Source: Octopus vulgaris (taxonomy: Eukaryota). Taken from it: 64,000 bases of DNA. Where the stretch lies: assembly GCA_951406725.2 (NCBI GenBank), contig OX597824.1:63302001-63366000 (forward strand). Reading direction: 5' to 3'. Below are positions 53,456 through 64,000 of the stretch, in pieces (position 1 is the first letter of the stretch; each line of letters opens with the position of its first letter). The notes beneath the pieces are model-generated. The model saw only the letters and a list, made by a program, of their open reading frames with translations. It made no database searches and was not told where the DNA came from. The position numbers and the translations under genes are program-made.

Positions 53456-54174
53456 AAGGAATACAAAAAATGGGACAAGAACACAAAACATCCAGACAGC
53501 TAGATGATACAAAAAAGGGACAACAAATCATCCACGCAAATTATACAAAAGAGGGACAAGAAAAAACACGAACGGGTCATCCGAAATTTTCTTTCCTCAG
53601 TCGAGTTCCAGATTATCTTTGCAATTTCAGCTGGTTATACTCGAGATTATTCCAATCTGGCCAGCCCCAAGGAAAAACTAAGCGATGAGCATCAGATTCC
53701 TTGGAAGAGAGCAGCGAATGTATACAAAAAGAAGGACGGAAAAAACGGAGAAATGGTACACAAATACAAATGCAAATAACAGGACATGACAACAGGTGTC
53801 TTTTGAATAAGGCGGAATTAAATTAAGCTGGCGGTGGTGGAAGTGAAGCCTTGCGGCAAGGATATAACTGGGGACAGGCATGGGAGGAATATAAATGTTG
53901 CACGGATGGTAGTCGAACCAAGAAAGAAAGGTCAGGCTTGGTCGATCACCGGTCACGTGGGTAGAGAGAAGAGAGGTAGAGGCAGAAGGACAGAAGAATT
54001 AAGGACAGACGAGAGAAAAAGGGAGGGAGTAAAGTGAAAGAGGAGGGAAGGTAAGAATGAAGAGAAAGCCAGGAAATGTGAGAGAGGGGGAACGAAAAGA
54101 AGAAGAGTGGAAAGAACGAAGTGTGAAGGGGCTGATAGAAAGAAAGAATGAAAGAATAAGAGAGTCGAGCAAAA

Positions 54175-54178
<4 letters not shown>
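53453..54178 (-). mobile_element. Unclassified non-coding element in (TA)n, pLTR-like; its terminal ~60 bp is duplicated at 54392-54451
   Basis: Direct repeat taaaggaatacaaaaaatgggacaagaac...gatgatacaaa at 53454 and 54396; long pyrimidine tract then hairpins on the minus strand. Confidence 0.55.
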
Positions 54179-54271
<93 letters not shown>

Positions 54272-54574
54272 CATATATATATATATATGTATATATATAT
54301 ACATATATATACATATATATACATATATATACATATTTATATATATTACTTACATATAAAAGACCAAAGTGTACGTACGTCGCCATATGTATATATAAAG
54401 GAATACAAAAAATGGGACAAGAACGCAAAACATCGAGACAGATGATACAAACGATATATATATATAACAAGAGAGATGGTGATAAGATTAATAAAAGTTT
54501 ATTAACATTGACAAGACCAGACGTACAATTGTTTCAATTCATCACTCGCAGCATTAACCAAATTTTATTTAATA

Positions 54575-55083
54575 CTAGCAGTATCGCCCGGCGTTGCTCG
54601 GGTTTGTAATGGAAATAACTATATAAGCATGTTTAGAGAGTTACTTCCCTTATAAATTCGGGCTTTCTTAGCCATTTTTGTTTTGGTGTCTTCAAGCCAT
54701 GAAGTCGTTGTTCTAAAAGAACGCTGGTCTCCTTCACAACGCATTACGACGTTGATTTCTTTACACTCCCTTCCCCACAGCTTCACAAGGGAGGGAAGAA
54801 GGGGGAGAAGCAAACAGGTGCAGCTGTGAGCGTGAACGCCAACTCCGCCGCCATCGACACACGATGCATTTTATGCATTAAAATGGAATAAAAAATGATG
54901 TTAAATTATTTTTAAAATCGTAGACTCATCGTTGACGCGCGCTAATACCCAGACGGGCTCGATATGAATCACGACTATAAGATACCCGAATTTGGTTAAA
55001 CTGCACCGCAAAATGTGGGAGGAGTTAGGAATCTAAATCGAAGGGGACAGACACTCACACAACTAGAGTTTTATATATATAGA
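54575..55083 (-). mobile_element. Complete non-autonomous Helitron
   Basis: Minus strand A|TCtatatatataaaac...cccgagcaacgccggg (hairpin) cgatactg-CTAG|T: 5'-TC, 3'-CTAG, subterminal hairpin, A|T target, no TSD. Confidence 0.92.
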
Positions 55084-55329
55084 TTAATAATACTCTATAT
55101 GTATGTGCTTGCATTGGATATTATCATCCCTCCAATGTTTATGTTCTCACTCGTACCTTGACCTACATTATATATAAGTATATATGCATATACGTACATA
55201 CACATGTGTGTGTGTGTGTGTGTGTGTGTGAACAGTTTCTCTTTCCATCGCAGCGTTAAGCCGATACCTAATTTGTTAAAAAAGTTCCTTCTCATGTTGT
55301 TATCTTGATCATCACATTTTACACTATAT

Positions 55330-56400
55330 ACGAGGGGTGCTCAAAAGAAACCGGATTTTGCAATATTTTTTTATTTGCTTAGTTTTACATGTTTAAACTT
55401 TTATCGCCTTCAGAGTATTCGCCATTTGAAGCAATGCATCTGTCCTAGAGCTCTTGCCAAGTGATGCCTTTTAACACCTCCCTTTTTTCTTCACCTCTTC
55501 CACATCTGCAAAACGTTTTCCTTAAGGGCTTTTTTATATGGGGGAACCAAAAAACGTCGCAGGGAGCAAGTGAATAGTGTGGGTGGGTAAGCAGTGTCAT
55601 GCCATTTTTGGTTAAAAACTGTCATACACTCATGGTGGTGTAGGCAAGCATATTGTGATAAAACCACCACTTCCCACTTTGCCACAGGTCGGGTAGTTTT
55701 CGTCTCACCGCGTCTCGCAAACGCTTCAGAACTCCCAAGTAAAATTTCTATTTAGCAGTTTCACCTGAAAGAACAAATTCTGTGTGAACAATTCCTTTCG
55801 CATCGATGAAACAAATCAACATCGTCTTGATATTGGAATTCACTTGACGCGCTTTTTCGTGGTGTGGTGACATTAAATGCTTCCAACTTGGTTGCTGCTT
55901 CGTTTCCGGGTCGTAGCCGTAGCACCAGCTTTTGTCACTAGTGATGACCTTCGAAAAACGATCCTGATAAACTTCCGACTGTTCTTTCAGTTCACGACAC
56001 GCATTCACCCGTGACTGCTTTTGATCTTCCAAGCGAGGCACAAATTTTGCTGCAGCTCTTTTCTTTCGCAATTCCTCGCTCAAAATTCGTTGCTAGGATT
56101 TCCAGGATACACTAGTCATATCAACAAGTTCGTCAGCTGTTTGGCGACGGTCCTCCAAGGTCACTTCATGATTTTCGTTAACTTCTGTTTTGTTCATAGC
56201 ATAGCGTTCTTGTAAGCTGTTTGAAGCACAACAACTGTTTCTGTGGTCGCTTCCCCAGCAGAAAACAGAATTTCATGAAAGCACGCCCTTCCTTCGCAAA
56301 AATCGACGAACAAGAGAGAAACACTGCAAAACAATGACGTACCATGTGGCAGTACGCCGTCACCCAATGATGCCGGTCGGCAGACTGATGCCCGAAAGTT
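55330..56400 (-). pseudogene. Mariner transposase pseudogene with one TIR
   Basis: EGRAFMKFCFLLGK...; EELRKKRAAAKFVPRLEDQKQSRVNACRELKEQ...FSKVITSDKSWCYGYDPETKQQ...KARQVNSNIKTMLICFIDAKGIVHTEFV; terminus TA-cgaggggtgctcaaaagaaaccg. Confidence 0.9.
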
Positions 56401-56499
56401 GCATCAAGTGGCTTCTAATATATAATATAATATAATATAATATAATATTACATCGACTCCAGAACTGAACTTGTACTTATTATATAGTTATTATAGTAT

Positions 56500-56531
<32 letters not shown>

Positions 56532-56557
56532 TGTATGTATGTATGTATGTATGTATG

Positions 56558-56589
<32 letters not shown>

Positions 56590-57877
56590 TGTATGTATGT
56601 ATGTATGTATGTATGTATGCAGGTATGTATGTATGTATTATTGTCTATTTCTCTTTCTCATCATCCAGCCGGTGCATTCAATTTGTTTGGCTTTTGACGA
56701 TTTACGAATTTCAGAAATTTGAATAAAATATTATCAACTGCACGTATTTACCCATCGTCCAAGAATGAGTTAAATGCATTTTCTGAACAACTGTTATCAA
56801 CAATATCTTGCGATAAGTTATCAATATAATGTGACTGTGTGAATCATGAACGTTGTGAATTGAAAATTTGTTGGCAAGATAATTTTGAATTTAAGATGTT
56901 CGTGCATCTTCCAACTCCCGTTAGGACGTACTTCAAAGAACTGTAGGTCGGTATTCATTCTTAGCTCTGCTGGACCATTGGTTTGAAATGTTAACACAAG
57001 TGTAATTACATGAGTAAGTCAATTACATCGATTCTAGTACTCAACTTGTACTTATTTTATCGACCTTGAAAGGGTGAAAGGCAAAATCGACCTCGGTGGA
57101 ATTAGAACTCAGAACATACAGAGACGAAATGCTACCAAGCATCTTTCCCAGTATGCTAAAGATTCTGCCAGCTCGCCGCCAAAGTTTTTACAATACTTAG
57201 TGTTTAACTGTAGCTTTGTGTATGTAGGGCTGTGTAGGACTGAAGCATTTAGTGAATAAGATAAGTTAAATAAATAACTTGTAAAACCCAGAGCAGTTAA
57301 ACACAAAGAGAAATGTCTGTCTAGCGCTGGGGCATGTCTTGCTTCTGAAAACCGAACTCGCGACTTATTTCGTAAGCCAGCTTCAACGTAGAAGGCATTT
57401 GTAATTGGACTTCGCATACATAAGTTGTTTGTGTTGTATTAAAAAGGAAATTTCACTCTGTGTTTATTCATTTATTCTTGTGAGTTCCTTAGAATTTGTT
57501 TGAAAGAGCAACGTTCCCAAATTCCTTGACGACAGAAACGGTAATAAAAACGCCGATAAAATAAATAGACAGATAACATGCATTACTCACACAGAAAAAA
57601 ACGCTTCTCGGCTGTTAAGAAAAATCGGTTAACGGTCAAACTTTGAAATTCCGAAGGTAATATTTACACGAATGAAACAGCTTTTCTCTTTCCTCTGCCA
57701 GTAATACAGAGTGGCACGAAAATATACCGAAACAAACTATTTAACCATTCCAATTTTGAAGTCGAAGATTTAGATGTCTTGTGGGATTTTGGAACTCCAT
57801 TCTTCCAAACAAACTGCGAGGAACATAAAACAAAATGTGAAAGAATATCAATAACTACAAGTGCATACACACGTGTG

Positions 57878-57957
<80 letters not shown>

Positions 57958-58779
57958 CAAGTTAATGTTTGTAGCCACTTCAATATGGCTGTTCCATTCG
58001 AGTGGAATATAATACGATATATACATATATTTATATACATGTATGTATGTGTGTGTGCGTGCGTGTATATATATATGTATTCGCTAATCTATCTAAATAT
58101 ATATACACAGCACGGTCATACAAACAGGAAGTATAGGACTAAAAATATGTGTATATTGGACTAGTTGAAGCTCACGAGCCGTGGCCATACTGGGGCACCG
58201 CCATATGTATATTTATATTTAGCGGAAGCAACAATGTGACTGAAGGATCGACTCAACGGTCAAGAGCTTTATGCGTTTTGATAAGTGTCAACGCGCGAAA
58301 CTCTTGGCTCTTGAGTCACTCGGTTGTTTCTGCAAAATATTGATGTTTGTGTGTGAGAGAGACTGCATGTGTGTGTGTATGTGCATGCGTGTGTGTATGT
58401 ACATGCGTGTGTGTGTGTGTATGAAATTAAGTACATATCAGACAGCACTAGGATACATGCGATTTAAGCGTGTTATAATCCCTTGGCTTCCTGTAGCTTG
58501 AGTTGAAAACCCATCAAGATCAAGCTCACCCTTTACCATATCGGGATCTGTAACTGAAATTCCAACGACGTACTCGACTCGATACATCTTCTCTGCTTGC
58601 ACGTTGGAGAGGGATAGGCTCAATCAGAATTAATGCTCCAAACATGTTGCATATCAACGCAGTGCATTTCTGTCTGGATCAGGAGTGTTGGACTTAAAGG
58701 AGGTAGGGTTTCTTTCCGCCTTCGCCTTGGTAGTTTACTAAAACCCTTCTCTCTCTCGATATATACATATACACATACG

Positions 58780-58850
<71 letters not shown>

Positions 58851-58875
58851 GTATATATGTATATATATATATATA

Positions 58876-59305
58876 GGCGTAGGAGTGGCTGTGTGGTAAG
58901 TAGCTTACTTACCAACCATATCGTTTCGGGTTCAGTCCCACTGCGTGACACCTTCGGCGAGTGTTTTCTACAATAGCCTCGGGTCGACCAAAGCCTTGTA
59001 AGTGGATTTGGTAGACGGAAACTGAAAGAAGCCCGTCGTATATATGTGTGTATTTGTGCGTGTGTGTGTGTGTGTGTGTGTGTATGTTTGTGTGCCTCTG
59101 CTTGCCCCCCCCCAACGTCGGATGACAACCGATACTGGTGTGTTTACGTCCCCGTAACTTAGCGCTTCGGCAAAAGTGACCGATAGAAAAAGTACTAGGC
59201 TTACAAAAAATAAGTTCTGGGGTCGACTTGCTCGACTAAAGACAGTGCTCCAGCATAGCCACATTCAAATGACTGAAGCAAATGAAAGAGTAAAAGAGTA
59301 AAGAG

Positions 59306-59306
<1 letters not shown>
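58876..59306 (+). mobile_element. SINE family B reference copy (tRNA head, internal (TA)(TG) microsatellite, (GTAAAAGA)n tail) in (TA)n
   Basis: A-box tggctgtgtgg, B-box ggttcagtccc; more than 10 homologous copies in this window. Confidence 0.93.
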
Positions 59307-59350
<44 letters not shown>

Positions 59351-59894
59351 TACATATATACATACATACGTACATATATATATGGATATATATATATGAG
59401 CACAAATACATCTATATATGTATGTGCGTGTATAAAACGTGTGTTTAACGGAGTCTAGTGTACGTATATTTTCGGACTATGTCAGCATGTATGCTTTTGA
59501 AGTTAGGTGCGTACGTGGCACCCAACCAGCATGCCTTACCCTTCCATCTAAGTTTAGAGCAGCCACCCTTGTTCAGTGAAGTGGATTTATCTGATGCGTA
59601 CACTCGTCCAAACAACGTTGGCTGTTGGAAATCTTTGGGTTAAGAACATTTCAAAAGTTTGGAATCTCTGTTACCGCATTAATTTCTACACAGACCACAT
59701 TTTCCCCTGTATTCAACAGCTTCACATATGTGTAGGATGAAGCTACATACATACATACATACACATGCGTGAGTAATTGCGCGTGGTGTGTAAGGTGTGT
59801 GAGCGTAAGAATGCGAGTATGTGTGTGCTTTTGAAAGGATACAGATGGAATTTGCATGAATGATTTATATTTAAATGATAAAACCTGCCATACC

Positions 59895-60290
59895 ATCATC
59901 ACCATCATTATCATCATCATCATCATCATCAATACCAACATCAGCGTCAGCATCAGAAGTAACATCATCATCATTATGACTTATCGTTATCACCGTTATC
60001 AAGCTCGCTGAAGCTGTCACCGTCGGCGTCGTCGTCACCATCTTCATCACCACCACCATCATCATCATCATTATCATCATCATCATCATTATCATTATCA
60101 TCATCAGTAGCAGAAGTAGTACCATCATCTTCATCTTTTCCCTCCTTCTATTTCCCATCATTGTCGCTGTAGTCGTCGTCGTCATCATCATCATGATTAT
60201 TGTCTTTATCCTCATCCTCATCATCATCATCATCATCATCATCATCACATTGTCATTGCGACCATTATCATCACCTTCATCCTCATTATT
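59895..60290. repeat. (ATC)n-rich compound tract
   Basis: Seen directly. Confidence 0.88.
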
Positions 60291-60599
60291 ACTTTGAGCA
60301 TTTTCCTCACCATCAGATTTATCAATCTAGTCATCAACTCTACCATCCCTATTCAACGTGTAACCTAACACTTTAATTTAACTGGGGTTAAACCTACATG
60401 TAAAGAAACGATACTGGAATACGTTACATATGATAATAATCTTTGCCTGTTATGGAACATTCATCGGCTTTCAATCATCATTTCAATATATATTTATATC
60501 CATGAGTCTATATCCCCATGTGTATGCACGTATGAATACATATATATAGATAGATGTGTGCGTGTGATGAGGCGACAACCTCAAAAATGGATATGTATG

Positions 60600-60635
<36 letters not shown>

Positions 60636-60709
60636 AGAGAGAGAGAGAGAGAGAGAGATGGATAGATAGATAGATGATTGTGTTTGTGTGATGTGTGTAT
60701 GTATATATG

Positions 60710-60764
<55 letters not shown>

Positions 60765-61086
60765 ACATATATATATACACGCACGCGTATACACACATAC
60801 ACATACAGACTAATATGTTGTTCTAACTTTTTATCTGTGGAAGTACCTGACTTAGTATTTAGGGCGACGTAGTTGCGATTCCTTGACCAGGCGATGCATT
60901 GTGCTGTTGAGCAAAAAAGCTCTTGATTTCATGTTGCTTCTTTCTCTCTCCTTGCAAAACTGTAATCCAGCGACTGGCGTCCCATCCAAGATGGGTTTAT
61001 ATATGCCACAGATTCAGTGAAAACACCTTTTTGTGCATATGGGCTTTGGAATGACCTTTCAATCTTTTGGGACTGTTGATCTCGAT

Positions 61087-61378
61087 CAGCGATTCCGAAA
61101 GTGGACGGTAGTTCCCTACTGGGATAATGGAAAGACTTAGTGGGGCGTTGAAGAAAATTGGGGCGATAATGTGGCGGCCAAAAACAATATGGATGAAAAC
61201 AATATAATAATGATGGCTTAATTAGGTTAAGTCATATTTATGAAATACGGTTGTTTTGAATTTGTTGCAGAAAGTGGTCTGTGTTTGTGGTGGTGAGTTT
61301 GGGTGGGAGGTGTTGAACACTAGGTATGTGACCTAGGTGCCGAGGAGGCGACAACCTCAAAAAGTTTGGGAACCAATG
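61087..61378. mobile_element. hAT-type MITE (diverged)
   Basis: Imperfect TIRs cagcgattccgaaagt / agtttgggaaccaatg; internal ggggcg subterminal repeats; TSD poorly conserved. Confidence 0.6.
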
Positions 61379-61651
61379 ACTCTAGACTCTAGATTTTAAT
61401 TAGAATAAATAGCCGTGCAACACCATTTTTCAATAAACCGAGTAAATCAAAAGAAATCGAGTAAAACAGCAGAAAAATTATGAAACCAGACTTGTGGATC
61501 TTTGTTACACAGCCATGTTGCGACTTGCGAAAATCATAGTTTCACTATGGTGTTGTGATGTTGAGGTTACAAATATTTGTTTGCTAATAAGACGTGGTCG
61601 TATATTCAAGTTACTAACTTACGTTGCATATTTTTATCACTCTCTTTCTCT

Positions 61652-61689
<38 letters not shown>

Positions 61690-62589
61690 GTACACACACA
61701 CACACACACACACATATACATATATATACACGAGTAAAGCTCCTACCCGAATCATGTAGACTCATAATGCCGGTTCCTGCTTTCTGTGGCATATATATCT
61801 ATATCCCACCCCTTGACGAGATGCCGCTCTGTCGCAGAATTGCTCGTTCTAACAAGAGGAAAAATTTGTAAATTTTAAACCGCATCTATGTTTTTTCTAT
61901 ACCTACGTCACGCCTGGAATCATCCGTAGTCAAATCTACGGTTTGTATTTGATTTGGTTCCTATGTATATGCATACTTTAGTTCACTACCAACACATGAC
62001 AAATAATGGTTAATTTTACCTCACTGTGAACTGAATGTTATGGTACCTTACAAGTCTTTCTAATGAATCCTGTAACACACACAATCTCTTTCTCTCTCTC
62101 TCTTTACACACACACATATATATATATGTGTGTGTCTGTGTGTGTATGTGTGTGTGTATGTATGCATGTATATATTGATATATGTGTATGCGTGAGCGTG
62201 CGTGTGTGTGTGTGTGTGTAGACACAGAAGTATGATCGATGTGAGGATGGGAAGCATGTGCAAGAGTAGCTAGGTACCAGGTTAGTGTTCGGAGAATTCC
62301 AAATATTACAATCTATCTTCTTACTGACAGTATTGTGTTCAAAGAGCATGTGAGTTACATAGCAGAAAACGTTTCAATGAATATCAATAAAGCAAGATAC
62401 GCAAACATTCATAGGTGTATGGAATACTTCTGCCTGTATTGTTACACAAGTTTATATGTTATAGTCTCAACTTTACAGCCGTTTCATTGCACGCAGTGAA
62501 GAATCGCTTTGCTTTGCATTTTATTCGTTTAGTTGTAAAAATTATAAGGTGACATTACACAAAAGCACATAAGCAATATCAATATGCAT

Positions 62590-62669
62590 GAACAACAAAG
62601 ACACACAGACATAGATGTGTACACTCACACACACACCACACACACACGCACACAAACACACACACACAT

Positions 62670-62713
<44 letters not shown>

Positions 62714-62833
62714 GACGGACATCTTTCAGTTGATGTCTGCCAGGTGCACTTATAAGGCTTTGGTTGGACCGAGACTATAGTAGAAGATATCTGCTTAAGA
62801 TGCCACGCAGTGGGACTGAACCTGGAACCATGT
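62590..62833 (-). mobile_element. SINE family B, 5' part
   Basis: tacgacggacatctttcagtt...ctatagtagaaga...gccacgcagtgggactgaacctggaaccatg. Confidence 0.8.
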
Positions 62834-63154
62834 TGTTCTATCACTACGACAATGATACTCATTCTTTGGAAGAGGCTGGCTGGTTTATTTTTGCCTCACC
62901 TCAAGTCCTGCTAACTCCTTCGTCTGTTCTCTTCTCATCGCCACCGATGTGGCTTCTCCTCCATCCTTCGTTAGTCTTACACTAACGAATTAACCCCCAG
63001 TTCTTTCTCCTCTGAAAAGTCAATTCTTTGTCATAACTGTTTAGGTCTTTCGATATGTATCAGTCTTAAAACAGGTGTTCCGACCCTTTCTTTACAGAAG
63101 AAAACAACCCCAAACAATATAGATTTTTATTTGTGCACTTATGTGTATAATATA

Positions 63155-63286
<132 letters not shown>

Positions 63287-63407
63287 ATGTCTTTTCATAT
63301 ATCTCTCTCTCTTTCTCTCTCTGTGTCTCTACATATATATAGATAGGTAGATAGATTTACATAAGTATATACATGTATATATATATATACATATACGCAC
63401 ACACTTC

Positions 63408-63945
63408 TGGTTTTCTCTCCCACTCTTCCCTATTCTTCTTCTTTACTCTTCGCCCTTACCTCTCTCTCACTCTTCCTCCTCGACTCTCTCATCGCAGACA
63501 GGTGACGAAGGATAATCTGTCTTTCTTCCCACTACCTTCGTAAAGACAAAACGTGCTTATACTGTCCCCTTCATAAGCTTGTCTTCCTAGCATTCATAAT
63601 AATTTTTCTATCGTCTTGGCTTAACAGCCCTCACCGTTTGTTTTTACTGTTTTGTTCTCACTGTCCTGTTCTTGTTACCACTTTCACCTTCCGCAAAAAT
63701 TCCAAATTTTATTTCATTTGCTTTGCGGGAAGGACTGTTTCAAAGAAATCGCATATTGTGCTTGCCTTCGGAGCGTGGAGTAGATGAAACATGGACAACT
63801 GAAGAAGAGAAATATTCTTTTTGTTGTATGTCTCGTTTCTCTGTTTTTTTTCGTTGTTCGAAAAAAAGTTCGTTTCTATGTTTTTGCTTTATGTTTTCGT
63901 TTCTCATTGTGTTCAACGTTTTTTTGATGGCCTGTACCCATATAT
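63408..63945 (+). mobile_element. Unclassified non-coding element in (TA)-rich context, pLTR-like
   Basis: Pyrimidine tract followed by two hairpins and CTGAAGA; same layout as 53453-54178. Confidence 0.45.
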
Positions 63946-64000
63946 GCATGTATATATTCATATATATGTAGGTATGTACATATATGTATATATGTATATA

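Noticed and set aside
58438-58623. 61-aa complex-looking ORF (..EKMYRVEYVVGISVTDPDMVKGELDLDGF..)
   Set aside because: Non-ATG start, no recognisable domain, no convincing splice sites.

Overview
AT-rich eukaryotic non-coding DNA, saturated with microsatellites and transposon remnants. The repeat landscape resembles an octopus/coleoid cephalopod genome (inference from repeat style, not verified). No host protein-coding exon can be supported. Almost all listed ORFs are translated microsatellites, and the few protein-like ones are transposon pseudogenes: two Penelope GIY-YIG fragments, four mariner transposases, an R4/Dong-type RLE retrotransposon C-terminus and RT remnants. There are also many tRNA-derived SINEs of at least three families, a complete non-autonomous Helitron, hAT and pogo-type MITEs, and a 70-bp minisatellite. 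The most interesting signal is a set of hammerhead-ribozyme (HHR) and structured-RNA motifs. (i) A Penelope copy has inverted pseudo-LTRs carrying a U3-A8 variant minimal HHR. (ii) A tRNA-headed SINE carries an HHR tail plus a Penelope-style inverted duplication, suggesting a Penelope-mobilised ribozyme SINE. (iii) A solitary extended type I HHR lies at about 50.7 kb. (iv) Two sequence-divergent elements share the same two-hairpin + CUGANGA architecture. Boundaries of degenerate repeats are approximate.
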